A stretch of 64,000 bases of DNA from Cyanophora paradoxa CCMP329 (Eukaryota > Plantae > Glaucophyta): contig QPMI01000496.1 of the NCBI GenBank assembly GCA_004431415.1, forward strand, positions 558,001 through 622,000, read 5' to 3'. Within the stretch, counting starts at the first letter, position 1. The number at the start of each line of letters is the position of its first letter. A program made the translations under genes and the position numbers. The notes under the pieces were generated by a model. It ran no database searches. It was given only the letters and a program-made list of their open reading frames with translations, and was not told the DNA's origin. Positions 12,201 to 24,174 of the stretch are shown one piece after another.

Positions 12201-13532
12201 GCGACATCTAAATTTGAACCACCGGCAGATGGCACAATTCTCGTGGGTACTCCGGCGCAAGCTACTGGATCCGCGGCTGGAGGGCGGCCTGGCCGACCCC
12301 AGAGATTCGTACAAGTGGGCGGCGCTGACACCAAGAAAACATTCGGCGTTGGCGACATAGTTGGCGCTGGGCTGTGCATGTCGACCCGCGTCATCAAGTT
12401 CACGCTGAACGGCAAGCTCGTATTTGAGAAGAAGCTCGAGTGCGCCTCGGCCCGTCCCTGGCCATGCATATGGCTCTAGCTATAGATAGATTGGGATCGC
12501 TCGATCACTGGCCATGGGTCATAATCTAAATCGCGATATTTTTTTAATGCTATACAGCTAAAATATATACGCGATTCTCAAGCATAAGAAGTGTGCACGC
12601 TGTCAACAGTTGAACACCATGGCCACCTGAAGCTTTATGCATGCGCAGTCTTGACACTTCAAAAAAATACTACCCCGCGGTGTCCATTCGCGGCCCTGCC
12701 GAGTTCCGCGGTATCTTTGCAGCCGACCGGTTCAAGTATAGCAAGGAAGGCGCAGGCTCGAGCTCCGCGGCGTCATCCGCCGAGTCGTCGCTGTCAACCT
12801 CGACAGGCGGCCGCACGCTTGTTCGCCGCGTCTCGTCGGTCATTTCTGAAGCAGCAGCGGAGTTGGCCGCTGCGATTGGAATGCTGGCGGCTGTGCAGGC
12901 GCTTGCAGAGATGGGAGCGGCGGAGGACGACGAGAGGGACGAGGACAACGATGACACATCGACCGCGACTGGGACGACGACGGCTTCCACAACGACAGGT
13001 GACCACCACGACGGCTCACATTTTATGTGCAAAACTCACAAAGAGCCCGACAGAGACTGCGAGTGCTGCCGCCCTCTACAGGAAACTGAAACCCGAGCAA
13101 ATCGTCGGAGCGAGGGTCCGGCGTGGAAGGGACTGGAAGTGGCAAGAGCAGGTTCGTGTTTTATTCCAGACACATATATATATAGGAGGGCCAACAATGG
13201 GCCGAACTCGAAAAGGCAACCCCGAGAGCTCGAGACTCGTATATATCTGCAGCCTTGGTTCTTCACGCTTACAATCATAATTACGTGATTGATAACGCAG
13301 GATGGCGGCCGCGGCAAGGAAGGCACAGTCACTGGAGTTGCCCCCAAGCCCCCTGGATACGTGCGCGAGTCCTGCCACTGTTTGCCTATATGCCGATAGT
13401 TGCAAAATTGCTCGCTCACGCTTGTATCTTCGAATTCGGCGATAGGTGTTTGTGAATTGGGATACGGGAACGAAGAATGCCTACCGCTGGGGGGCAGACG
13501 GCTGCTACGATCTGACGGTTACATGTAAGTAG
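6235..13532 (+). CDS. Large multidomain scaffold: Pro/Gln-rich - TIR (E>Q) - WW - WW - SPRY - SPRY - Kelch repeats - MIB/HERC2 - SPRY - MIB/HERC2
   Basis: TIR ~6613-7230 (GDVFISSV...ITCW...EISKGIKKCIVFLFCISQKSVDDTVCQ|KQLALASKSGKIILPVYL). WW domains LLPNWREV...YYHNVKTNETRWERP and LPDGWKRLYDTKGGVMFMN. SPRY motifs (VYWECTIDN..IAIGV..CLGDDQYSWAY; WYFE..GDTVGVGIN; FYFE..GDIVGAGL). Kelch repeats (IYAIGG, IYVFGG, IYVMGG, IYVAGG) at ~9915-11100. MIB/HERC2 at ~11300-11600 (IGATVRRGRDW|KWGDQDGG...NSYRWGKDNAYDL) and ~13090-13520 (VGARVRRGRDWKWQEQ|DGG...NAYRWGADGCYDL). A single-gene model is assumed. Confidence 0.82.
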
Positions 13533-14611
13533 TTTCTTAATGCTGCTTTTATGCTGTTTATAATTAAGAGAAATGGACGTTCGAGCGTGCTTCTCACTGG
13601 GCCGATCGTTCAACACGCAGCCCTCAAGCGGTCTTGACTTCCTGTTTTAATTTGAACTTGCAAATTGAGCTCTGGAGGCAAATGCGTGCCACGGCGAACA
13701 TGAAATCGATGTAGACGATCGCTCGAGCGGAAGGCGATTGCTCGCGCGAACAGTAGACGATTGCTCCATGGCCATGTATTAAAAAATAGTTCTCGGGCTG
13801 CGAGTTCGGGCTGCGGGGGGGCCGGGAAGGCCGGAAGGGCCGGGGAAGGGGGAGAGCGAGCGGGGAGGGGCGCGCGGGTGGGTCGGGGGCCCGGGGGGCG
13901 GGGGGGGGGGGGGGGGGGGGAAGTGGGGGAGGGGGGGGGCGAGAAAAGGACGAGGGAGGTGGGGGCAGCCGGTTGGAGCCAGCTGCGAAGTTCGACAGGT
14001 TGCGCACCGCGCGCGTGGCCTTCTGCAGCTCTTGCATACTTCCGAAATTAAAGGGCGAATTCGAATTCCGAAAGGGCCAGGCCGGGGCGCGGGCCTCCAC
14101 CCGAGCCTGGCAGGCGTGTAGTAGGGCATGCATAGACGCAGGAGTACGTATACCTACAGTCTCATGCATATGTGCGCCCTCGGCCCCGCCGATCCGCCGC
14201 CAGCGGTACCGGGCAACGGCCCGTAGCTGCCAGCTGCGTCCGGGCCACCGCGGGCCGGCCAGGTCTCTCTACTGCGGTCCATCTCTAGACCTGTCCTCCC
14301 ACTCTGACCCCGAGCCTTTCCCGAGGACTCTGAGGACAAACGGGGGCGCTGGTGTTGGAGCCCCGGATCCGGATCCTTTGGGTTGCAAATTGATTAGAGT
14401 GTAATTAAGGGTGAACACTCGAACATGAAAATTGGGCATAAATGATCATAATCATAATGATCATAATGATCATGCTATAATGATCATAATCATGATCATG
14501 AGCATGGAACCGCATACGCAGTACACGCTGACGTGTACTGGGCCTAGCAGATCTAATCTAATCTAAACGTCAACTCTCCGAGTCGATTCGAAATTCGGTC
14601 TGGCCCTACAG

Positions 14612-17529
14612 CTACTTGCGGTTCTTGGTGGCGATGTGCTCGACGACGGCCGTGATCATCAGCATCAGCAGCGAGTCCACCCCGCTGCGCGCGCGGCGGG
14701 CGCGGCTCGACGTCAGGGGCGCACGCGAAGCGAGCGAGCGAGCGAGCGCGAGGCGGGCGAGATTATGGAGGGGGCGCACGGGGCGCATTCCAGGACGTAG
14801 GTCTGGTTCCGGGGGGAAAGGTACCGGTATAAGTCAGCTCAAGAACGAGAGCGGCGCGGCGCGGCAGGAGAGCTAGAGCCCTCATTCGGGCGCAAGCGCA
14901 CGTTGGTGCCGAGGAAGGTCTTGAAGTTCAGGTTCTCGATGATGCGCGCCACCACCTGCTTCGTCTTCACGTTCTCGATCTGCGCCGGGGGAGGAGGAGG
15001 AGGAGGCGGGGCGACCTCAGGCCGGGCCCGGGGCGATCGCGACGAGCGGCTTCGGGCGCTCACTGACTCGCCCGGCGGCCCTTCAAGTTCTAGGTTATAT
15101 TCCAATAAAGCTCTAGAGGCTTTTAAGCTTTCTAGGTCCAAAGCCTGCGAATCGAGTATGCGCAGGCCGGACCTTGAAGTCCATGTCGAGGGTGCCCTTG
15201 ACCTTGTAGAGGTACTCGTTCTGCTGCGGGTCCTCCGGCTCCCCGTTCAACTCTGCCCCCTCGGCTCAGAGAGAGGGCGGCCGGAGGAGCGGGAGCTTAA
15301 GATCTAGAGAGCTGGCAGCTCTAGATCTGCCGCTGGGCCGCCGGGCCGGGCAGCGCGCGCACTGAACTGGGTGTTGCCGCGGTAGATGCGGTTCGTCGAC
15401 TTCCTGCCCGGTCCAGGTCGGGCCGAGGGGGGGGGGAAGGGGGGGGGTACCAGGGGAGGGAGAAGACGTCCTCGCGCATCGTCGCCACGACGTTCTCCTT
15501 CCCGTCGTAGATCTGCCCCGTACCCCCGAACTCGAATCCGAAAGCTGCACGGGCAGCGGGGTGGGGTGGGACGGGGCGGGGGTACCTTGTAGACGGTGCC
15601 GATGGAGAAGACGCGGTCCTTGATCTTGCACACCGGCGTCCCCTGCGAGAGCGCGGGTCGGGGCCGGTCGATCCGAGGCGGCCGGGGTGGGGGGGGGGGG
15701 GGGGGGGGGGAGGGGATGGGAGGGCGAGGGAGCGGAGAAGGGTGGGTGGGGCCGGGGAGGGGGGCCGGGGAGGGGGGAATGGGGGGGAATGGGGGAATGG
15801 GGGGGGGATGGCCTGTGCGGTGGCAAGTGCGCCGGTGGGGGAGGGGGGCGGAGCGGGGCACCGCGAGCGGTGAGCTCGAGGGTCTCTTGAGCCGCTCTAG
15901 ATCTGGGGAGGCGCGGCCGCGGGGCGCGGGGCGCGAGCCTCGGAGGAAGGGCGCTAGGGTCGGGCCGGGCTCGTGGGGGCGCGAGGCTCGGGGCTCGGGG
16001 CCCGGGGCGGCGCACGTTCATGTCGGTGTAGCACGTGTCGTCCTTCGAATTCGGAGGGGGGGGGGGGGGTCAGCCGGGGGCCGGGGGAGAATCGAGGGGG
16101 TGCTGGGAACGCCGGCGGGGCCCGCTCACGTTGAAGGACCAGAACTTGCCCTTGCCTGAGGGGTTCCGGATTAGAATCCCGGACATGACTTAGTTACAGA
16201 TATAATAAAGCCACCACTTATGATTTAAAGGGACAGCTTCCTAAACAAACGAAAACGGCGGCGTACCCTTGAGGACCTTGCGGCCGTACGCGTCGTAGAT
16301 CGCCTGATCGCCTGTACCCCGGCGCCCCCGCGTCAGGCGGACTCCGGGAAAAGGATGGGCATCGGATATCGATGTCGAGGCGAGCGGGGGTCGGAGGCGG
16401 ATTCGAACCGTCGGTGAGCTGCCCTGCGCCGCGGCGGAGCGGCACAACGCGCGCTTCGAGGGGCTCACCCTCGTCGCCTCCCGCCCCATCGCCCGGGGAG
16501 AAGGTCCCACCCGCCCCCCGCCCCGCACCCGCCGCCCCCTCATCGCCCCGCTCACGTTGAAGGACCAGAACTTGCCCTTGCCTGAGGGGTTCCGGATTAG
16601 AATCCCGGACATGACTTAGTTACAGATATAATAAAGCCACCACTTATGATTTAAAGGGACAGCTTCCTAAACAAACGAAAACGGCGGCGTACCCTTGAGG
16701 ACCTTGCGGCCGTACGCGTCGTAGATCGCCTGATCGCCTGTACCCCGGCGCCCCCGCGTCAGGCGGACTCCGGGAAAAGGATGGGCATCGGATATCGATG
16801 TCGAGGCGAGCGGGGGTCGGAGGCGGATTCGAACCGTCGGTGAGCTGCCCTGCGCCGCGGCGGATTAGAAAGAACGGGCCGAGTTCAGCATCTAGCCTGA
16901 CTCGAATAAATTCTGAGAGAACTGAAGGGCGCACAGAACTTGTCCTTCAGCGTCCAGCGGAACGGGTAGTTGAACACCTGCGCCGCAGGGCCCGGGCGCG
17001 CGTCAAGACGCTAGAGATCGAGGGCGCCACCGAGTCGGCGAGTCGGCCGGGCCGGGTCCCGGCTCAGCGGCAGAAGCTTAAGTTCTTGTATAGATAAACT
17101 CGATTCATAAAAATCGATGGAGACCGAGGAGCGAGGAGTGAAGGGGCGCGCGCGGGGGCCGGGCGGGCGCGCGGACCCAGTTCGCGCCGATGACGGGGCC
17201 GTCGCTCACGGGCTGGAGCACGCCGGGGACCTGCGGACGAGGCCGGCGCCATCAGGCCTCGAAGCGCGCGCGAACGGGCGCCGGACGCCGACGGAAGACG
17301 CGGCGGCGGCGGCGCACGGCGCGGCGGTCCGGCCGCGCCGCGCCGGCGCCGCGGCGCCCAACGGAAGGAAAGGGCGCACAATCATGTCCGTGGGCGGCGG
17401 CAGGTACGCCGGGGCCGGAGAGCCGCCGTACGCCTGCTGCGGCGGATAGCCCTGCTGCGGCGGATAGCCCTGCTGCTGCGGATAGCCCTGCTGCGGTGGA
17501 TAGCCCTGCTGATAGCCGTAGCCCGACAT
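14612..17529 (-). CDS. LURP-one-related / Tubby-C-like (scramblase-like) protein with N-terminal GYPPQQ repeats
   Basis: Spliced exons: MSGYGYQQ(GYPPQQ)n...|FRWTLKDKF|WQLTD|GDQAIYDAYGRKVLK|GKGKFWSFN|DDTCYTDMN|GTPVCKIKDRVFSIGTVYK|IYDGKENVVATMRE...YKVKGTLDMDFK|IENVKTKQVVARI...|TYVLECAP|GVDSLLMLMITAVVEHI, a beta-barrel pattern ending in a hydrophobic C-terminal helix. Confidence 0.75.
16121..16864. repeat. Direct repeat of ~318 bp (16121-16438 and 16547-16864) duplicating three small exons, separated by 108 bp of unrelated sequence
   Basis: The two copies appear identical at an offset of 426 bp. Confidence 0.92.
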
Positions 17530-18245
17530 CGTAGCGCTGGTCTGCAGCGGCGCGTGAGCCAGTTCCCGCGCGAGTGTGTAGGGGCGCGCGCGCGCGCGCG
17601 CGCGCCGACGGCGCCGTACCGTAAGGCGATGTGAGGGCGGGCTGCGAACCTAGGTCCCGAGTCGATATCGATATCGATATCGATATCCGTCACTTGCTGT
17701 GCTGCGGATTGCCTCTGCTGCTGTGCAGCGCACTGAGCTCGAGCGCCCCAAACCTGTGCAGCGAGAAGCTGCGCGCGCGAGCCCATGGCCACGAGCTGCA
17801 GCCTCGTGCACGAGCCTCGGAGGGTATAACGTACTTTTTATCTCCGCGCGCGCGGCGCGCGCCGCGCGGCACATTATGCGCGCGCATATGCGCAGCCTCG
17901 GAGCAATCGATATCGAGCCAGGTAAACCTTCCGGGCCCGCCAACACGCGTACCCCGCGGCCCACTCACCCCCCCAAAAAACCTTTCGTCTCGAGCGCGCT
18001 CAAAGCTTGCAAAATTTGTAAGCTAGATCGATCTAGCCTGAAGTCAAAGCTGAAGTTAGACGAAGTTGGATTATCACGCTGAGTGCATGAGTCTGCCAGT
18101 AGAGGGACACGTGCGGCGTGTCCACGGGGCCCCGGAAGGGAAGAGGGAACAGGGCGCCAGAGGACAGCGAAAGGAGACAGGGAACACTGCAGCTGGCGCC
18201 AAGAGCTGGCCTGGGGGCAGCAAAAGGAGACCGGGGGCGCCGAAG

Positions 18246-21200
18246 CTAGGGGAGGTCGCGCTTGGGCACGACGTTGCCGGCCCACACGACGGGCACCGGC
18301 TGCCCGCCGAGCATCACGACGTGCTCCCGCGCCCCATCCGCCGCCGCCGCGGCGGCCGCCGCCGCGGCGGATGTGCCGGCGCCGGCCCCGGCGCCGGGTA
18401 TGACGTACTGGTGGGGCGCGACGTAGCCGGCGGGGGTACCGGTACCGGCGGCGCCGCGGGGCGAGCCGGCGTGGGAGGGGGATTGGACGCGAAGGGGTTC
18501 GTGTTGGGCGCGGCGACGGGCGGTGCGCGGGCCGGCTGGAGGGGGTGCGGGGGCGGAGGCGCCGCCGCCACGGGGGGCGCCCCCGGCGGGACGGCCGGGG
18601 CCGGGGCCGGGGCGCGGGCGCGCCGGGGGGCACGGCGGGGGCGGTAGCCGCGCGCTGTCCAGAGGGCGGCGGTGGCTGCGGAAAGGGCTGCTGCTGCTGC
18701 TGCATCTGCATCTGCTGCTGCTGCTGCGGCTGCGGCTGCTGCTGAGGAGCCTTCCCCGCGAGCGCCCTCTGCTGCGCTTCGAAGGCGGCGGCCGCCTCGG
18801 CGGCCTGCGCCTGGAGCCGCCGGCGCTGCGCCTCGGCCGCCGCCGCCGCCTCGGCCGCCGCCTGCTGCGGGTTCGCGGCGGCGCGCTCGCCGATGGCGGC
18901 CTTCTGCGCCGCCAGCGCCTCCGCAAAGCGAAGCGCCTGCACGTTCGCCCCGGCTGCTGCTGCTGCTGCTGCTGCTGCTGGGTCAGGGATCCCGACCTCG
19001 ACAGGGGCGCCGCCCCCTGCTGCTGCGGCGGCCCCTGGGCCGCCGGCGGCTGCCGGGGCGCCCCGGGGGCTGGGCGGGGCCGGGCCCGGCGGCTGGTAGG
19101 GTCCGATGGGCGGCGGCGGCGGCGGTTGGTACTGCGGTTGGAAGGGGTTGCTCTGGGGTACGGTTGCTGCTGCTGCTGCTGCGGCGGGGCGGGGTATGCG
19201 GGCGGCTGCGGGGGGTACTGCTGGGGATGCGGGGGTTGCTGCTGGGGTGGGTAGAAGACGGGCGGTGGGGGCTGCTGGGGCGGGGCCGGCGGCGGCTGCG
19301 GCTGCTGCGGTGCGGCCTGCGAGGAGGCGCGCTGCTGGAGGGCCAGCAGCTGCTGCTCTGCGAGGGAGCGCTCCGAGGCGGCCTGCTGCGCCGCTGCCTC
19401 CTCCGCCTGCCGCCGCTGCGCCTGCGCCGCCGCGATCTGCTGCGCCGCCGCCGCCGCCGCCGCCGCCTGCTGATCCTGCCTCGCGGCCCCGCCGCCGCCC
19501 CCCGCCATCGCGTCGAACTCGCGGGCCAGCGCCATGTCCGCCAGCCGGCCCGCCGAGAGGTCCCTAACCATTCCGGTACCCCCCGAGGAGGAGGGGGCGG
19601 GGGCGGAGGGCCCGGGGCCGGCGGGGGCGCCCGGCGCGCCGGACGTCGACGGCGGGCGCGCGGCGCGAGAGGGAAGGACCCCGGAGCCCGTGCCCGAGGC
19701 CCGCAGCGAGCTCCGGGGGGTACCCCCCGCCGACTTCAGGTGCTCCTGTACCCCCTCGGTCAGCGGACGGAACGCGGAAGGATCGGGGGGTATGGGGTGG
19801 GGCGGGGGGGGGGGGGTACCTGGAGGACGTCGCGAAGGACGGAGAAGGCGGGGGCGGGCCGGCGGAGGAGGGAGGGGCGTGGCGGCGCCGCTGCCGCGGG
19901 AGATGCCGGTTGTACGGTAGGGCAGGCGGGTGGGCGGCGGCATCGTGACGGGCGGCTGGATCGGCGGCGCCGGCGGGTTGTGGCTCTCCCCGCTCGGCCA
20001 CGCCAGCGCCGGGCCGGGCGTCGGCGTCGGCGCCGCCGCGGCCCGGGTGGCCCCCGCCTGGGCCGGGGCCGGCGTGGGGGCGTTCGCGGCGCCTGCCGCG
20101 CGGGGCCGCGTGGGGGAGCTTCCGGGGGTACCGCCATCCGTGGCCCGCGCGAAGCTCTGGATCGGCGTGATCGAGTGCGGCACGTGCGGGATCACGTGGT
20201 GGTGCTTGTCCTGCGGGTACCGCGTCAGGTGCGGGGGGGGGGGTACGGGAACGAAGGGAGGGGGTGGGGGTAGTGCAGCACCTGGCGCGCGCTGCCGCCG
20301 ACGGAGGAGGGGGCGGTGGGGGAGAGGCGCCCCTCGCTGGGGGCGCTGGGGGCCCGCCGGTGGGAGTGGGCGTGCCCGGCGTGCGAGTGTACCCCCGGAC
20401 GACCCGACGGGGGGCTACCGTCCTCGTCGGCCAGCTCCTCGAGGGAGCGGGCGAGGGCGCGGCCGTCGAGGTACCCCCCGCGGTCCACGGAGGCGGCGCG
20501 CTGGGAGCCGGAGCCCGAGGGGCCCGGCGGCCCGGCGCGCCGCGGGCTGTTCGAACGGCTCCACGTGTCCGGGGCGAGGGAGAGGCCCCTAGAGGGACCG
20601 CCGCCCCCGTCCGCCCTGTCCCGCGGCCGGCTCCGATCCCCCGAGCCCGGCTGCTGCTGCTGCTGGTGCTGCGGCGGGGCCGGCCCGGCAGGCCGCGCCG
20701 AGCCGCCCCGCCGGAGGGGTACCGCCTGCTGCGGCCCGGCCCCCAGCAGAGCGCGCTGCATCTCGACGGAGGGCGGCTGGGCGCCGGGCGGCAGCTGCGG
20801 CGGGGGCGGTCCCATGCCCCGCATCGAGTGCGGGTGCTGCTGCTGCATCGGGGGCGCCGGGGGCCCCATCGGCATCGGCTGCATCGGCTGCATCGGCATG
20901 GGCGGCTGGTGGACCATCACGTAGATCGGACCCGGGGGCATCCCCGGCAGCGGCGACCCGATCGCCGTCGGCGGGGGCGGGGGCGGCGCGGGGCCGCCCG
21001 GGGCGGATGGCTCGGCCGCATCGGTCTGGACAGAGGCGGACGAGACGCGCTTGGGCTGCTGCTGCTGCGGCTGCTGCTGATGGGGGTACGGGAACGCCGG
21101 GGAGAGGAGCGGGGGGTGCTCCAGGCTGCGCCGGGCCAGGGCGTCGAAGGAGCGCGTGGGGCTCCCGCCGTCCAGGGCCGTCTGCACGGCCACCGCCTGC

Positions 21201-22264
21201 GGCCCCGCCGCCTCCATCTCCAGCCACCTGCCCCGCGCCGCCCCGCAGCTCAGAGGCGGGCACTGCGAATCGGGGCCGCTGCCGCGGCTTCTTTCGCGCG
21301 CGCGCACCGCATGCGCTGCTGTAGGGCTGCGTTCCCCTCCTGCTCCTGCCGCAGCGCCCGCTCGAGCGCCCGCAGCCGGTCGCGCATCTCCTCCTGCCCT
21401 CGCGAGGCTCAGCCCGGCTCGGAGGGGGGCGGAGGAGGGGCGGGGCCGGACCTGCGCGCGCGCAGCGGCCTGCTCGGTCTCGCCCGCGGTGCGCTGCAGG
21501 TACTCGCTCTGCGACTTCTCGCGCCGGAGCAGCGCCTTCAGCTCGTCGTTGTCGCGGCGCAGGCGGTCGGACTCGGCGCGCAGCTCGCGCGTGATTCGCT
21601 CGGTGAACTCGAGCTCCTGCTGGCTGCGCCGCATCTCGGACGCCATCGCCTCGCCCCGCTCCCGCTCCTTGCGCGCCATCGCCAGCGACGATTTGATCGC
21701 CTCGAGCTCCGCGGCGAGCGACTGCTCGCGGTCCGCCAGGCGCGCAGCGTCGAAGGCGAGCGAGTCCCGCTCCGCCCGGAGCGCGTCCAGCTCGCTCCGC
21801 AGCGAGCGGACCTGCGCGCTGTGGTCGCCGGCCAGCTGCTCGCCCATCCGCTTCGCCGCCCCGCGCTCGATTTCGAGCGCCCGCAGCGCCCCGTCCCTCT
21901 GCGGCGGGAAACGAGCGTCGGAGGCCGCAGGAGGCGCGGCGGGCGCGGCCGCAGCTAACACGGCGGGAAAACGCGGACCTCGAGGAGAAGGCGGGCCTTG
22001 TCGCGGAGCAGATTGTCGCGCTCTCTTTCCAGCGCCTCGAACTTCTGGTCTAGCAATCGCGTGGCCTCCATCGCCGGGCTCGTCAGGTGCTGCCCGGCGC
22101 GTGAGGGCTCGTCGCATTTGAACGCGGGAGCGTCGCACCGCTAGCTCTGAGCTCAGCGAGCGGCCGCTGTCTTCGCGTTCCCGCTCCATCGGCTGTAGCA
22201 ACGGGGGCTCGTAGCTGGCCCTCAGCGAGTCGCCGAGCCCGTTTCTCGCATGTATGGAGTGCAT
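18246..22264 (-). CDS. Uncharacterised coiled-coil plus Pro/Gln/Ala-rich low-complexity protein (contains NPF motifs)
   Basis: Heptad-like helix RDGALRALEIER...ELKALLRREKSQSEYLQR at ~21450-21900, followed by long poly-Q/P tracts. SNPF and TNPF lie in shifted frames, implying indel errors or unresolved introns. Ends are uncertain. Confidence 0.55.
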
Positions 22265-22433
22265 CGTGTCTCGGTAGCCGGCCCCGGCGACGCTCCGTCG
22301 GGCGAGCTACCCTGCCGCCGGCTCACCGTCGGGTTCTAGGGGCTCGCTTGCCGCCACAGCTTCTGAGCTTCGGGCTAGAGGGGTACGGCGCCAGAAAAGA
22401 CACGCAGCGCGCGGGGTCCAGGGCAATAGACGA
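22265..22433. promoter_or_regulatory. Probable compact bidirectional promoter
   Basis: Only ~170 bp separate the divergent predicted start codons at 22264 (-) and 22434 (+). Inferred from layout only. Confidence 0.35.
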
Positions 22434-24123
22434 ATGACGGACGCTCCGGAGCCTCCAGAGCTAGTGCTGCTCGACTCGGACGGCTTCTACGACGACCTCT
22501 TCTCCGCGTGCATGCTGTTTTCGCGGCCGGAGCGGGCGCGGATCGTCGGCGTGACGACGTCGCCCGGTATGATGCAGTCGGAGCAGGCCGCGCGCTCCTT
22601 CCGATGCCTTCTCGCGCACGTCGGCCTGCGCGACGTCCCCGTCGTCTGCGGCCAGGATGCGCCGCTGCGGACCGACGAGTACCTCTCAGGCAAGCTCAAG
22701 GTGCTTTCGTACGCGACGGAGAGCGCCCCCTCTGCGCGCCGACGTCCCTTGCAGCGGCCGAGGCGAATCCCCGAAGCCGACGCGTACTGCGGGGCGCACT
22801 CGGTCTTGGACGAGGATTGGGGTCCGCAGGCGAGGGATGAGTGCGCAAGGGTCTGCGAGGATCTGAACCTGAAGCGGCCCGCCGGTTCCCCGTGCGCGCT
22901 GCCTGGAATCTGCGCCCGGACCTCGAGCGGGCGCGAATTTGATCCGCCGCCTCGGGCGCAGCGAGCAGGAGTCCGCCCGCGATCCCTCGTCGCTCCTCAC
23001 AGAGATCGTGAAGCGTCACCCGCGCCAAGGTGCGCCGCCGAACCCATGGCCAGCTCGCGGCTGGCGCGTCCCGGCGGCCCCCGACCCGACCCGCAGTGAC
23101 GCTCGTCTGCCTCGCACCGCTGACGACGCTCGCGCGCTGGGCGCTCGCGGGGGGCCCGGTCGGCCTCCTGAAGCGCGTCCTCATCATGGGCGGGGCGCTG
23201 GGGAGGGGCAACGCGGGGGCCGAGATGGCGCGCCCCTCCCCTCCCTTCCCTGTCCCCGTACCCCCTTTCTTACGGAGTCGTACCCCCAGAAAGCGGAGCG
23301 GAACTTCTACTCGGACCCCCTCGCTGCCCACGCCTTCCTCTCCGCCCTCTCTGAGGCCGGAGTCGAGCCCACGTACCCCCCTCCTCTCTGACCCTGTCCC
23401 GTCCGCGTTCCGTACCCCCTGAACCCCCCCCGTCCTCAGGCTGATCGGGGAGGAAGCTTCGGGGGAGGGCCTCGTCGACAAGGCCGCGCGGGAGGTTCGC
23501 TCAATCTTTTCGTACCGTACCCCTCCGTGCCAGCACCGGCGTACCCCCCCCTCCCGACCGTCTCTCGCAGGATCTGGTTCAAAGGGGCGCGGCGGCCGTT
23601 GAAGGGGGCCCGGAGGAGCGAGCGGCCGCCCTTCTACCCCGGCTCGCCGCCCTGAACAAGTACGCCTGCATCTACGACGCCCTGGTCGCAGGTTCGATTC
23701 CGGGCGGGCCCACTTGATCTCTCTGACTCGCCCGCTGGCCGGCAGGCGCCGTCCTGCGGCCGGAGGTGCTGCGGGAGGCGAAGGAGACCCGGGTACGGGT
23801 TTCCCTGACCGGGGGGGATGGGGGCGCCCTGGAGGAGTGCCCCCCCGAGGAGGGGGATGGGGACGGGGACGGGGAGGGGTACAGGGTTCGCTTCGTTGTT
23901 GAGGTGCGCGGCTAGAGTACTACTCTGGTCCCTCGCTTACTAAGACTCTAGATCCGAAGCACCGGCCCCCCCCACCCTCGCATGCACTCCCCTTCAAACT
24001 CTGATCCGTTCGGGGCCGGCGCAGGCGGACAAGGAGGCGTACAGGGAAGTGCTGGAGTCGCTCGCCGGGGGACGGGAGGGGCCGGCGGCGGGGCAGGCCC
24101 CCGCCAAGCGGCGGCGGCGCTAG
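22434..24123 (+). CDS. Inosine/uridine-preferring nucleoside hydrolase family protein (divergent)
   Basis: N-terminal DxDxxxDD motif (LLDSDGFYDD), IVGVTT, DVPVVCG, VTLVCLAPLTTLA, VLIMGGA, AERNFYSDP, IYDALVA. The last exon ends PAKRRRR-stop at 24121-24123. Confidence 0.85.
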
Positions 24124-24174
24124 TTGGTCAGCCGCGGCGCCGGTGCCGGCTCACCTTAGAGAGCCGGCCCCTAG

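Noticed and set aside
13624-14340. Possible small gene or transposon fragment
   Set aside because: No recognisable domain, terminal repeats or consistent splice model; the region is dominated by poly-G.
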